A DNA stretch of 64,000 bases from Okamejei kenojei. Lineage: Eukaryota. The stretch covers positions 2,108,001 to 2,172,000 of the forward strand of contig CM069161.1 of the NCBI GenBank assembly GCA_035221665.1, read 5' to 3'. Positions 13,422 to 28,000 of this stretch are shown piece by piece (position 1 is the first letter of the stretch; the number at the start of each line of letters is the position of its first letter). The position numbers were made by a program, and so were the translations under genes. The notes beneath the pieces were generated by a model. The model was not told the origin of the DNA. It searched no databases and worked only from the letters and a program-made list of their open reading frames with translations.

Positions 13422-15429
13422 TTATACATTTGACTCTACGAATGGTCTCTTTGGTTTTAAAGGTGATGTTGGCCCTTGTCGTGAGTCTCTGGAAAGCTGC
13501 CGATATATGCTGTCCTGATATGCCTGTGCAACAGGCAGCGTTCTGGCCACTTTTACATCTGGATACGAGGGAGTTTGACTAACTCTCTCCAAAATTTCTG
13601 CCCGGGATCCATTGGTCAGCTTCCCATGGGGGATACACATGTCCTCCTCAAGCAGGTGACCATTTTGGGCATTGTTAGTCTTATTGAAAAAAGCAATATT
13701 ACTAACTGGGGGTGGGCTGTAGGAGGCGGATTGAGGGGACATTCCTCCAGAGGAAGTGGGGCTGGTGATGACAGTGTCGACAGAGGACACAGCCCACGTT
13801 CGGCTCTGCTGGTGCATGTGGGTGTATTGCTGTGTCCGAGCTGTTTTATCTATGATCCCCATGAAAGGTGTGGTCCTTGAACGACCAGAGTCTCCAGGGT
13901 AACCCTGGGTTGGAGAGATGGGAGACTGTTCTTCATTGGATCGGCTTTCATAGGAGGGTTTTATTGGAATCTCCATCTGTTGGATGGAAGCAGAAGGTCG
14001 AAATGATGACACAACATTAGAGCTCGAAGAAAGGCTATTGTTAGAGGGGGAGAAACGAAGGCCAGTGCTTTGGGAATGGAGCAGTGGTCGGGGAGTTGGT
14101 GGGTGAGGTTTGATCTCTGGAGGATTCACAGTGAGTGCCCTCCTGATCATGTGAGATACATCTGGAGATGAAATCTGGCTAGATGGAACAGAAGATCTTT
14201 CCAATTCATGCTTGGAATGGGATACAGGATAATATGATGCAGACTGACTGCGACCAATCTGAGGGGTCTGGCCATACCTCACTCCTCCTCGAAAGGCTGA
14301 AGAAGGTCTTTGGCTGTGATCCTCTTTGGTCAACACTGATCCAGGATGTTGACAAACATTGCTGATTGCACCTGCACTCAGACTGGCCTGCACATGCTGG
14401 ACGGGTCTGCTGTCAGCTACCACTCCACCCATTACAGGCTGATATACCAGGCGACTTTGAGTAGGAGCCATATCAACTGAAGACTGATGTTTGGTACTCA
14501 TGGAGTGAGGTCCCTGGTTATAGGATCCACCAAGTATAACAACACTAGAGTGTACCGCAGAGCTGGGCTGATTGGTGCGAACAATTTGAGCTTTGGCTGG
14601 TTGTAACCTAAGTCCTTGTTGGGGTAGACCGGATGGAGGTTGAGATAATTGATAGGGTCTTTGGGCCATTTTAGACAAAGGAGACTTTGGCCTACCAGGA
14701 TGCTGGCCTATTGAGGTTTCTTGCTGATAGCGGACTGGGGAGCCAGACTGAGACCTATATACACTCATACTATCTGCAGGAGGACTAGCTCTGTACTGTG
14801 GGGCCCTACGCAGTGGAGAAGGTGGGGGACTTGACTGGTAATCTTTGTTTGGGCCACTTACAGGAGGCGGGCTAAAGCGGTATGAAGAGCCCTGATGAGC
14901 AGGGGAGGTGGGAGGAGGGCTAGGCCGATAATGAGAATTCTGATGGGTAGGAGAAATTGATGGTGATGTGGATTGGTACCCCTGCCGAGTGGGGGAGGAG
15001 ATGGAAGGATTTGGTCTGTAGTCAAAAACCTGGTGGGAGTTGAGAGGCGAGCTGGATCTGTAGGTGGGTTCACGGTGGGCCGGGGAAGGTGGTGGACTCT
15101 GGATAACAGGCTGCCCTTGGCTAGGTCTTGTTTCATTCTGTAAGCCAACAGAGACATTGTCCAACTCCTGCTCCAAATATTCCTCATCATAAATTTCATG
15201 CATTGAGTCTAAGTCTTCTTGCTGAGTCTGTTGCTGTTGTTGCTGTGACTGCTGCTGCTGCTGTTGTTGTTGCTGTTGCTGTTGCTGTGGTTGCCCATAT
15301 TGTAACGGCTGGCCATATTGCAACTGCCTGAATTCCTCTTCTACCCGTATCAACAAGCGTTGTATCTCACGGTTATTCGGGCAAAGCTTCACAGCCTCAT
15401 GCAAATCTTCCAGGGCTGCTGGAAACTGC
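13422..15429 (-). CDS. TANC2: TANC2 terminal coding exon: end of TPR, polyQ, Pro/Ser-rich tail, C-terminal PDZ-binding motif ESNV
   Basis: catgcAG acceptor at 15430-15431, phase 2 ([22 protein letters not shown]). The 660-aa ORF ends [11 protein letters not shown]-stop, the TANC2-type terminus. Confidence 0.97.
15219..15323 (-). repeat. Coding CAG/CAA polyglutamine tract (Q13-S-Q6-T-Q2) preceded by duplicated LQYGQP
   Basis: Read directly from sequence and translation. Confidence 0.95.
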
Positions 15430-15924
15430 CTGCATGGAAGAATATTGTATGTAAGATAAATATGGTCTTACTTGAGATACATCATCCATCATTTATTAAA
15501 AGTTATCTCCAATAAATTTTGGGATGTGTCCACGATGAAAAATGAACTCGCATTCCCTAGTCTCCAAATTATTTGCTTATCCACATTCTGGAGAAGATAC
15601 TATTATCATAGACTTCAACGTTTTCTCATCCCTGTTTATTTGATGCTACTTTCATTCTGCTCTGCATTCTTTTCAAATTTTCATTATTACATTTGCGATC
15701 ACAAATTAAATCAGTTAAAATTACTATTCTTATTGATTAAAATCTATTCTTTTCTTTTTCTACTTTCTAAAAAAATAGAAGTTTATAAGAATTACTTGTA
15801 ACATTCGTATACTTATTGAAATAAGTTGGTTGTGTATTTGAAAAGTTGTTATACCGTTGTTATGATGGATTACTTCTAATAAAAATATTATTACAACAAA
15901 TTAAATCAGTTAAATTTTGTTGGG

Positions 15925-16260
15925 GCTTGCCATATTTCCATGATTTCCTGAAGCGCCTCATGGCCAATGAATTATATAATATGTGTAGCTGGAGTATAAT
16001 TTGGGGAAATGTGATAGTCAATTTGCATTCAACAAAGTCCCATAAACAACAATTAGATAACCTAATCGAGCATGTTGATTGATGAACTGAGCTTGGAGAC
16101 AGGGAGAGGCTGTGTTCTTTTTCAAACAGTGCCAGTTTTGTGGTTCATCTGAAAGTGCACAATGCAGCCGGTCAATGTTATGTGTACAAGTATCTGAAAA
16201 GAGATTTTAACTCAGGCTTTTTAATTCGGATGCGAGTGTGCACCAACTAAATCCAGTTGG
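15925..16260 (-). mobile_element. Degenerate DeuSINE/SacSINE1-like SINE
   Basis: aagcgcctcatggccaatgaa...aatttgcattcaacaaagtcccataaacaacaat resembles the recalled reverse Deu domain. Confidence 0.5.
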
Positions 16261-17914
16261 GTATAGATATAAAGCAGTACTCAACACATGCACTATGCCT
16301 TTCAGCACATGCATGGAGTTGAAATAGTTTAAAGTATTACTCTCAACTACATTCACAAGCTAATTGCCACTGACAGGTTCCTGCAGGTATACTCTAATTC
16401 TTGGTCAACTAAGCATACTAACATCAAATACAAAACATGGAGTGGACAATACATTACATTGCAAAATTAACACATCATTCATAATAACCTTTAATAAGGG
16501 TAGAAAGCATCCGGCATCCTATCAGTGTTGTCCTACTTACAGGACTAACATTCAAAGATCCGTTCCAGTGTGATAAAAATATAAAAGGTGAATTAATTGT
16601 AGGGTTTTGACAGGTTTCTTAGGCAAAGAAATGAGTAAGGATGTTTTAATATGAAATTAGAACCTTACTGAAACAAGTAGCAAACGGGCACATCCATTAT
16701 TAATTCAGTAGAAAAATAGTCAATAACATCTTAAAAGTAGATGCTTCTGAGGTGAAATAATCAATATCTCAAGCTACTGGGTCAAAATAATAATGCCCGC
16801 TTTAAGTTTTCTGTCCTATGAACAAATTTGTAAAAAGTCCAGTCTTCTATCTGCTGTGCTAACTCCAGTTTATCCAGGCAGGGTATTCAAGTAAGGAAGT
16901 TACACTCCATCATCCAAACAGTTACGCGTGACTTATTAATGGATTTCTCAAGTTTTATTCCTAAAGAAAACAAATAATTTCCTGCAATAAAGAAGAGCCT
17001 TTATTCCAATAATGCAAGGGGCATTGATCCTTGCAAGAAAAGCAATGAAGGTGATGGATGACACTCTGATACATTTGATTCCATAACATAGCTTAGCAGA
17101 AAAATGAAAGTCTGCACTAACCTACAACCAGAAGGATCCAGCTACAATAATGCATTTTTAATTTAAATTGGGAGTGAGATAGAATTAATAATACACACAC
17201 ATCCAGCAAACCTTGCAGAGATCTTGTTCAAAGAGGAATTACGTGGATGAGAATGCCTCAGAAAATTAGAATTTTAGTTTCATTTTTATGAGGAGATAGT
17301 CATCACTGAAAAGGGGAGTATTTATACCACATCTATGGCTCCATCCCCAAGTGCTCTTGAGGTGACTGCAAGTGTAGTTTATTTGATGAAGATGTTCCAA
17401 TGAGACTTTTTTTGTGGAGAATTTCATGGTTTTGACACAAATTTGATGAAAGAATGTGTGATATAATGCCAGGATAGGATAGTGCGAAAAGTAATTTGCA
17501 GGCAATGATGCACACACGTTTCTGCTCCCTTACGCTTTGGGGAGCTTATAGGTGTTATCAAAAAAGCTTTGGTCAGTTGCAGAACAAATTCTTGTACATG
17601 ATACATACTGAAGCCATGAGTGCTAGTGATTATGTAAACTCTTACTCTCTGTATAGGGCAAGGTTTCCTGCGTGTTCCTGAATCTGCACTCAGCCAGTAA
17701 ATTAAGAGTATTCCATTCCACTCCTGCTGTGTGGTGGGAACACTTTAGTAAGTGAGGTCACTCCCCGTGAGATATCCAACCTTTAACCTACTCTGGTTTA
17801 GTTAAATGTCTGGTCAAAGATCATCATCATTTGTACAAGAATGGTAATGTAAAATTAAAAAAAAACAAGAGAAAAAAAAGGATCATCATGGTGAAATGTC
17901 CAGTTGGTAATGAT

Positions 17915-18930
17915 ATTATAAAGTCATAGTAATACAGCACCGAGGCCTTTCAGCCTTACCCATCCATGGCGACCAAGGTACTCCTTCTAAGATAGTCGCA
18001 TTTACCCCCATTTGGCCCATAACCCCTAAACCTTTTCCATCCATATAGCTGTCCATATATCTTTTAAATGTTGTTATTGTAACTGCCTCAATTATTTCGT
18101 CTGACAGTTCGTCTGATATACCCACTTCCCTCTGAGTGGAAAAGTTGTCCCTCAATTTCCTATTAAATCTTTCCCCTCTCAGCTTAAACACATGCCTCTA
18201 GTTCTTGATTTGAATACCATGGGTAAAAGACTATATGCATTCACCTTATCTATTGCCCTCATGATGTTATACACCTCTATTAGGTCACCCCTCAACCTCC
18301 TGCACTCCAAGAAATAAACTCCTAGCCTGCCCAACCGTTTCCCTATAGCATCTATACCTCTAATCATATCCAAATGCATATATCTTATCCCATTTGAGTA
18401 ACTTTCCTGCCACCGATGTAAGGCTTACTGATCTATAATTTCCAGGTTTTTCTTTGTAGCCCTTCTTAAATAGAAGCACAATGTTAGCTACTCTCCAGTC
18501 CTCCGCCACCTCGCCTGTATCTAAATAATACGTCTCAGTTTGTGCTCTTCCAAATTCTTTTTGCTTCCCACCTTGGATATATCTGATCAGCCCAGTAGAT
18601 TTATCTACCTTCATATGTCTTAGAACATCCAGCACCTTCTCAACTTTCTAATACGGACTGTCATCAAGACATCACCATTAACTGTCCCAAGTTCCCTCGT
18701 CTTCCAGTCTTTCTCCGTATTAAACACAGATGTGAAATCTTCATTGGGAATCTTGCCCATCTCCTGCTGCTCCACACGTAAATGACTATGAATTTCTGAG
18801 GAGCCCTATCTATACTCTCTCTGCTTATCTATATACTTATAAAATCTATTTGGACTTTCCTTAATCTTACCTGCCAGAATTATCACATGCCCCCTTTTTG
18901 CACTCCCAATTTCCTTCTTAAGTATGTTAT
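17915..18930 (-). mobile_element. Degenerate CR1 LINE with internal deletion
   Basis: ORFs with DWRVANIV..GNYRSVSLTS, RRLRGDLIEVY and NFSTQREV motifs. Confidence 0.85.
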
Positions 18931-20041
18931 TTTCTATTCTCAATTATATAAGGGTCCAATACTTCTTTGGAAGGTATTTGAAGGAATCCCCTGCAGGCTG
19001 AGGTAATAGTCCATTTCTGATCAGCAACACTGGTCAGGCCAAAAAGTTTGCTTAAAATTCAATATTGTATTCAACTATGATACACTATCTTATCAAAGCC
19101 TTTTGAGGCACAGAAACATTGATTGAAAGTAGCATTAGCTGTGGTTTATCTAATTATTCCAATCTTGATGTGGGAGACTGACAGTTGTGCTCTCAAAATA
19201 CTTTAATATTCACTATGATTCAATAATTTGTAATATCCTTTCTCTCAATCGTAAACTCTGAATCGAATGTTGATGCTAAATATCCTTTGAAATGTAACTA
19301 TAAATTTGACGGGACTAATCTTGCTGACAAAATAATGTCAATGTTGTCAAGTGTAAATTGGCCAACAAATGCAGAGAATTGAGACATTGCAAAGTATGAA
19401 TCAGTAGAATTTGCTGGCAGATTTACACTGGCTAGACATTTTCTTTACATGAACAGCATCTGAACGCCATCGTTCCTTTTACTTTTACTTATCTGCACAT
19501 GAATGCTGAGTCTGGTAAACTTTCAATGTCACAATAATTATTGATTATTACCAATCTACTGCCCTAATCCAAAAGGGAACTATTGAAATTATGGAGTCTC
19601 AATCCTATAGGAAATGAGTTGCTTGAGATCACAAAAAAGTCAACTTTGATTTTTGTTCCTTTTTTTTTTAAGCTATCTCTTAAACCAAACATTTCTTTGC
19701 CTTTCTTTATCTGATTTGATTTTATTGTTTCCAGCATTGCTCTGGTTGCTCTCTAAAACCTTACATTTCATACTGCTGTTCAGTAAGGTTCAAGATAGCT
19801 TGATCCAACATATTAAAGGGAAAGCAAAAGCAATTATAATTTAAGGAGGCTGGAAAAGTCCATTAGCAAATGCTATTAAATGCCCATTTCAACAAGATCC
19901 AGCCCAATTTCTATCATCTTGCTAGATAAATGGGCACATCAAGACACAGTCAGCAGAAATAAATAGTATACACAATTATTTCCAATAACTAATGTCACAT
20001 GGCCCACCCTGAATGCAAAACATTTCTTTCTCCCCTTTTTA

Positions 20042-20233
<192 letters not shown>

Positions 20234-21034
20234 TCAACTAAAATATTTTTCACTCTCATTTTTTCAGGTTACAATGCCACACAAGCAACTATTGACTATT
20301 GTATCAGAAATTGATGGTATTCTACTGAATATGAACACTAAATCTGCAAGTCATCCAACCAATCTACAAAATTGAACTCCTTGAACAAAATAGATAGAAC
20401 TTGTTATTACCATTCAATCACAGTCACCTCCAAAATATTGCCATTGTTTTCTGGCCCTTTTTTGCACATTGAGTGATTTTAATTATAAAAGGGTACATTT
20501 TGCTATCACTGGATCACATGCGGTTATATTTCACAAGTCCAGCTCAAACCAGGTCTGATTGCATGGTTTAACATGGAGTTAACTAGATGCAAGAGTAAAG
20601 AGATAGTGCTGTCAACACATACAACCACTGTTGTGAGCAGAAGGGTCACAAACACTTCAATAATCTGTTTTTAAATATTGCAAGCTGCTAAGACAGCTCC
20701 AGTCTGGTCCATTAGCCTAACCGGTCATATAAATAAATCTAAAATGTAAAAAAAAATTGTAACACATTCAGCGAAGAATAAAGACAGAACCAATTTTATA
20801 CAGTTTAAAAGTCCATTCAATAAAGAGAACAACTTCAACAAGAGTAACAAATTTCTCCCTACATTGAGTATGAATTTAATTTCACTCATCTTAGGTATGC
20901 ACAAATATCACACTCACCACTTTTAACCACCTCTCTCCTCCTGCAATCACCATCTCAACTACCTTTAGTTTCACTTTCTAAACTTTTAATGCACACCTCA
21001 GAAAACTGAATCCTGATAATTATGTCAACATCAT

Positions 21035-21345
21035 AGAATCATGGCATGGAAACAGGCCGTTCAAGTCTACTAAATCTGTGCTGTGCTGACTACCAAGCAC
21101 CCATTTATACCAATCACTTAAAAAAAAATCCTATAACCTAAAGGTTTTCCCACTCATCCAGAAACTAGGGGCAATATACAGTGGCCAACTAACCTAACAA
21201 CTTGCATATCCTTGGGATGCAGGAGGGAAACTGAGCACCGAGAACCGAGAGGAAGCCCACATTGTCGGAGGAGCTCGTGCACACTCCACATGGACAGCAC
21301 CAGACATCAGGATTACATCTAGGTTGCTTAAGCTGCACCACTGTG
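21035..21345 (-). mobile_element. Degenerate HE1/V-SINE
   Basis: Tail catggaaacaggcc, V-domain relic, head gctgcaccactgtgc. Confidence 0.6.
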
Positions 21346-21837
21346 CAAGTCTTCTGAGCTTTCTGGTTAGGTTGTTAATGGATATATGGTCTAAAGTATA
21401 TATAAAATAAAACTAGATGCAAATTGCTCCTATGTTGCAGTCAGTAGCAAGGCAAGGGATTGAGCTAAAATTATCAATTGAGACACAAGGAATGACAGAT
21501 GCTGGCTGACCAGCTGCGTTACTCCAGCACTTTGTGTTTTGCTTGAATTGATGAATTATTTACCTGGAGATGGGCCAAAGATACTTAAATCGGACAACAT
21601 GTGAAGATAATGCACTATAGAAAGGTTTGGCCTCCTTTCTCTCAGAATTTATTCTGCAGCAAGCAGGGAATCCCATGATCTAATCTTTGTGTGCCTTGCT
21701 ATGCGAAGTGAGAGAAAAGAAAAGGTGTGTTCAAGAGGAACGTAAATTACCATACATCACCATTTCTTTTGCATTATCATTAGGTTGAATTGGTTGAATT
21801 CTTTGCATTATCGTTAGACACAGCTGAGGTGCCAGAC

Positions 21838-22780
21838 CACTGCAGTGGTGCAGCTGATAGTGCCGCTGCCACATAGCACCAAGACAATAACACATAGACT
21901 AAGGTTCGATCCTGACCTCGGGTGCTGTTTTTGTCAGGTTTGCAAGTTCTCCCTGTGACTGGATGGGTTTCCTCCGCCTGCTCTGGTTTCCTGCCACATC
22001 CCTAAGATGTGCGGGTTTGGATGTTAATAGGCCTCTATAAATTGCCCCTAGAATGTTTGGAATGAACGAGAAAGTGGAATAACGTAGAACTAAGTGAACG
22101 AGTGGTTAATAGTCGGAGGTAGACACAAAAGCTGGTGTGACTCAGCGGGACAGGCAGCATCCCTGGAGAGAAGGAATGGGCGACGTTTCGGGTCAAGACC
22201 GTTCTTCAGACTGATGTCGGGGAGGGGTGGGACAAAGATAGAATGTAGTCTGAGACATTAAGACACGAGGGAGAACTGGGAAGCGGAAGGGGATAGAGAG
22301 AGAAAGCAAGGGCTATCTGAAGTTAGAGAAGTCAATGTTCATACCGCTGGGGTGTAAACTACCCAAGCAAAATATGAGGTGCTGTTCCTCCAATTTGCGC
22401 TAGGCCTCACTCTGACAATGGTGGCGGCCCAGGACAGAAAGGTCATAGTAATACAGCACAGAATGGTCAGATTGGGAATGGGAGCGGGAGTTGAAGTGTT
22501 GACTAACTGGAAGATCAGGTAGATTAAGACGGACTAAGCGGAGGTGATCAGGGGGATGGTAACACACGGCAAGGGTGGGGGTTGGGGTTGGAGGAAGGCA
22601 AGTGAGTAGATGGAGACGAGGCGATGTCTGGTGGGTGTTCAGAGAGGAGGGGGACATGAGGACTATTATATTGGTGGGGAGTAGCTGGGGTCACCTGGCT
22701 AAAAGGGGAAGGGGTCAATAGTCGGCTTAGACTCGATGGGCCAAAAGGCCTGTTTCCGTGCTGTATCTAAAACAAAACTG
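21838..22780 (+). mobile_element. HE1/V-SINE split by a Penelope insertion (pieces 21838-22116 and 22726-22780)
   Basis: A-box-like gtggtgcagctg, B-box ggttcgatcc at 21903, V-domain; tail gggccaaaaggcctgtttcc resumes after the insertion. Confidence 0.8.
22117..22716 (-). mobile_element. Penelope-like insertion with a 9-bp TSD (aatagtcgg)
   Basis: TSD at 22108-22116 and 22717-22725; GIY-YIG remnant LPVSQHFNS; hammerhead core at 22182-22209 with one stem II mismatch. Confidence 0.82.
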
Positions 22781-22789
22781 ATGGCTAAT

Positions 22790-23290
22790 ACTGTGTCAAG
22801 AAGGGCTGAAAGAAAAACCTGGGAACTGCAGATCAGTAAGCCCAACATCTATGGTAGATAACTTATTGGAGGGGATTAAGATATACGTGCATTTGTAAAG
22901 ACAGGGGTTAATTAAGGATGTGTAGGAAGGAACTGTAGATGTTGGTTTAAACCGAAGATAGACACCAAAAGCTGGAGTAACAGGCAAGTATCTCTGGAGA
23001 GAAGGAAGAGTGATGTTTTGGGTCAAGATTCTGCTTCAGACTATTAAGGATAGTCAGTACTGATTTGTGTGTGGGAGATTGTGTCTCACAAAATGTTTTA
23101 AAGAGGAAACCAAGAAAGTCAATGATGGCATGGCCATAGACATAGTTTATATGGACTTCAGCAAAGTCTTTAATAAGATTCCACGTGGTAGAGGTTTAGA
23201 TCAAACCGAGGCAAATAGGACTAGCCTAGATAGGCATCTGATAAGCACAGATGAGTTGGGCTAATGGGCCTATTTCTGTGATGTATATGA
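22790..23290 (+). mobile_element. Degenerate CR1 fragment interrupted by a single-arm Penelope mini-element (22920-23042, TSD attaaggat)
   Basis: DIVYMDFSKVFNKIP RT motif; 9-bp duplication at 22911-22919 and 23043-23051. Confidence 0.75.
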
Positions 23291-23595
23291 GAATGGGTTG
23301 CAGGAAATAGGTGGGGAAATGTGATTGATGAGACTGGTCGAGAGATTCAATGGGTTTGAATGGTTTCATTCTATATCATAAGAAAGTATGATTAGGTGAA
23401 ATGTGGCAACTGAAAAACTGTTCCCAAGAAGTTTCCAATACTTAAACAAGAACATAATTATTTTGAAATTTGACCCATTATCATTATTTTAAGTGTTTTG
23501 GTTTATTAATCACTTGAAAACATGCATAGCATTCAAGCATCTGTACATATGAGCTTGATTGCTCTGTATGCCTTTATTTGTATTAAAAAATGTCA

Positions 23596-23889
<294 letters not shown>

Positions 23890-24769
23890 TTAGCTAACAT
23901 GCAGAATTCTGTAAATTACATATTTTGGCTTGCTTGGAACTATCAGCTAAAAAACATGTTAAAAGGGATTAACTATTGCTGACTTTAAAACTCATCAAGG
24001 GAAGAATCTTCGGATTACCAAGCAACCACACGCTTGTTAGACCTCATACAGAGATATTTCAAAATATAGCAATCTTAAGAAATAAACTGATCTATATTAT
24101 CCTAAAATGACTGCAAATCAATCCTGATGTTTCTGATATTTCCATGTTAGAAGAAAGCCAAAATAATTGTCCGAAATGGAGAAAAGCATTTAGCTCATAT
24201 TGTGCAATAAAGTAATACTTCTTGGGGATGTTACTCACAAAGTCCAACTGTACAACTGCTTTCAGTCATTTATTATATATCTGCAGCGATTCCAAATAAT
24301 GAACAAGATTTGGGATATCTTTTAGAATTTGGTGCTGTCTGTAATTTTTCCTCTGGACAATTCACCACAGATTGTATGATATGCTTCTGCTCAATTCCAA
24401 GAATTCTGTTCAAAATTCTATTAAAATCCTTAACATAGTTAGTAACTTACCTTTACAGTGAATTCAATTGTCATAGAAAATAAGTATATTATTACAACAC
24501 TAGTGTGTAACGGGGATAAAATTAAAATAGAATGTTTTAACGTGGTAATGGAGTCATGTAGCACAGAAATAGGCCCTTCATCCCAACTCAACCATGCCAT
24601 ATTTAACCATATCCCTCTAAACACTTCCTTTCAATATACATGTCCAAACGTGATATCAAATGCAGACAAGTTAACAACTTTTCCAAACATCCCCATTCTG
24701 GCTGAAATAATTTTGCTACTGCCCCGTGGCTTGTTATCTAGCACCTCCTGCTACATCTATGGTTACGTT

Positions 24770-25070
24770 AATGGACTAACATTCAGAATTCTGGACCTGG
24801 AGTTTGAATTCAAGCATTGCATTTGCAGAACTAAAATCCACACAATTAATTAAACTTACAATTTAAAACAAGTCAGCAACTGTGAGTGTGAAACTACTGA
24901 ATTGTAAAACAATGCTTATGCAATTACCAAAAGGAAACCTGCCATATTAATGCAGTCTGGGCAATTTGTGACTCTTCCAATTTTACTTCCTCAGTTCAGG
25001 AGCAATTACGGATGGACAACAAATGCTGCCACTGCCAGCGACATCCACTTCCAATAAATGATTGTGAAAA
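24770..25070 (+). mobile_element. Degenerate SINE with a LINE-derived tail
   Basis: B-box-like gagtttgaattc; tail ggacaacaaatgctgccactgccagcgacatccac...aatga. Confidence 0.5.
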
Positions 25071-28000
25071 ATATCTATGCTTTGATTTTTAATACTATTT
25101 CAGTCTTGTTCAACTCAAACTTCAGAAATAGTTTTTAAACTTAGTGTTAAAAAATATCTACCCCAATGCACATTCCTTGTTTGGTGAATAATTACAGAAT
25201 CAACTGTGGAATCTCACCAGGACTCTGGATACTCAGTATCCCACTCATTTAAACATTTAATCATCACGTTCCTTCACTTTTCATCCATTCATGGTCCATT
25301 TTCTACCTTCCACTTTGGATTTGTTTTGGCCATCTCTCCTCTTCTAAAACTTATGATGTTTTTTGTATCAACCAAGATCTTTCACTTTTTTTAGCTTTTA
25401 AATAATTGTTTACATGCCACTAAAGAGAAATATGTTAGTTTGAACTTTTCCTGTAATTCCTTCTTACTGCATTTGTTAGTCCATTTAAGCGGTCCTAACA
25501 TCATCCTTTTTCTCTAATTCTGATAAAGATTATCATCACAAAACCTTAACCTATTTTTTGCTTCTGTGAGATGCAGATATAGCTATGCATTAAAGCCTTC
25601 ACTGTTTTAAGAACGCATTCGCTATGCAGCCAGAGGCAAAAACTAGACATGACTCAATACAGAGAGCTACTTATCCTGAAATAAATTTATCACAGCCCTT
25701 TGAGTGGATATTTGGTGAAATATTAAATACATTTCCACAAGGCATAATTTAGAAGTCAATTCAGCCAGCTTGATCAATTCCCAAGGATCCAGATTAGGGC
25801 TGAAGGAACAAAGTATCAGGCCAACATGAGATGTTTCAACTATTAATCACTTGTCAAAGGCATTGTTAATGCCACAGAATATTGGAGAGGCTTTACATTA
25901 AGTTTACTGCCCAAATAATTGGATAAAGATGTTTAAGTCAAGGAGCTTCTTCGGGAATAGATAGAATGAGGAAGCGGAGTGGAAATAGATCTCCAAACTT
26001 GGGATTGAGGTCGCTGCCAATTGTGGTGGGCATGAGTGTTGAATTAGAAGAGTGTTTAGAAGTGAGGGGGCAATAGATAAGAAATTAGAGAGGAGGAGGC
26101 ATTCTCTTGGGAAGGTGAATACTGAAGCATCATAGCGATCTAGAAAGTTAGGACAGTTCCTCCATACCTACAGATAATTTCCATCCCCAACTCATTATTG
26201 GTATTCTTTGAACACTGAAGTTGCATCGAAGAAGACAGAAATGCTCACCAAAATGATAAATGGAATGAGCTACAAGGAGTTTAGATGGTTCAGTGGATTA
26301 ACTCAAGAATCAATATAGGAAAAGGAAAGAAAATCTGTTTTCACCACTACTAAAAAGATGTGTAACAAACTCCAGTTCTAAAGAATTCTATAAGAATAAT
26401 GCTATGACATTGGACCCATCACCCTACTTTTTTTTACAATATATGTAAGATGTGCCTCACAAGTCTAACCACAAGCTCAGTTGCCAAAATATGATGACAT
26501 TTATAATTGTGCTTTGTGAAAGAACTTAGATGATTCCAATTGGACAATTAATCAATGCTGTAATCAAGTAACCTAGAGAACTAAGTCCTGACAATATGCC
26601 AAGATTGTAAAGTTATTAAAGGCAAGGCAGTCCAGAACTTTGCTATTGTGTAGGGACACGAAAATTCCAGCTGCGCCACTAGGTGTCAGGGTTACCGTGC
26701 GAGATGAATGATTGACTCTACAAATATTGTGAAACCAGGTGCCAAGATATGTGCAACTCCAGAAATTCTCCAGAGGCCTTTATTTTGAAACTCCCACAAT
26801 GCAAAGCATTGTAACGTTTGCACGCAATACGTCCACGATCCCGTCTGCGCTCACAATACTCACAATATGATCATGGCTGATCATCCAAATATTGAAATAC
26901 ATTATTCCCACATTCCATTCACATTGCCTGTTTCTTCCAATGTTTTAACAGTTGGGATTTAGGTGCAGGAAGCCAACCAGAGGAAATCCCCAGAGATTTT
27001 CCTCACTTCTCTATGTTCAGCATTTCTCCGGGTTAGAATTCCGAGGCTGGGAATCTGAGTTGTACAGATATTCAGCTACATTATGGAACAACACTTTGAT
27101 GCATTCACAGCTACATCAGCCAGTCAGCTTCTTGTTTATTTACACAGATCAGCTTGAATATTTCAAATTTGGAATTGACAAATAGTTTTTGATGTTTCCC
27201 AAATCGTGCTTCCCACCACTCAGCCTTCTTTTCTCCCTATGGTATAATTTTGCTTATTTCTTAAGGTGTGTAAGAAGATCGTGATCCATTCTCTACCTTT
27301 TATTCTTTACCAATTTAAATATATAATAATTCTTTGAGGTCATTATAAAAAAAGCAAAACATGAGGGTTCATTTCCAGAGGAATAGTATTGAAGCGCAGT
27401 AATGTTATGCATTGGATCTTGGATGAACCTTACATAATCTTTATAATAAAAACATGTGGTCGCCATTTGACCCATTGGATCCATGTAGCTTGCCGTGAGC
27501 AATTCCATTATTCCCGTTTTCCCATCTTCTTACTTGTATCCCTGCAATGTGTCCTCTCTCACATCTTCCAATCAACTCCCCTTTGATTCTTTTTGCTATT
27601 AACCTGCACTAAGGAGTAATATATAATGAATGAACCTAGCAGCACACTTTGGGGTTTCAATGGAAATTGAAGTACTCAGAGGAAACTTGCAATCATGGAA
27701 AGAATGTGCAAAATGGCCCAAAATCACCAAAGATTTTTGTATCTATTGAACCTCCAAGGTCAAAGGAGTGTAATGTAACAGTTTGTGCTGTTACCTCACC
27801 ACACATCTCCAACTTGTGCACAGTGAAGCATTTTATTTTATAAAAATACAATGGAAACGAGGTTTACCAGAATGAGTGCAGAATTGAAAAGTTACATCCA
27901 TCTGGAAAGACTTAGTAGACGGAAGTTTTTTTAATTCTAATAAGGATATGACAATGAGGTGATCGTGGTTTGATAAGGTTTGTCAGGGAAGTCATTATGA

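Noticed and set aside
13422-15404. 660-aa ORF as a standalone single-exon gene
   Set aside because: It starts at a TTG inside the terminal exon; the frame continues to the splice acceptor at 15430.
13575-15515. Antisense and alternate-frame ORFs over the terminal exon
   Set aside because: Short shadows of the real coding sequence.
21838-21920. tRNA gene (A/B boxes)
   Set aside because: It is the tRNA-derived head of an HE1 SINE, followed by the V-domain; no full cloverleaf.
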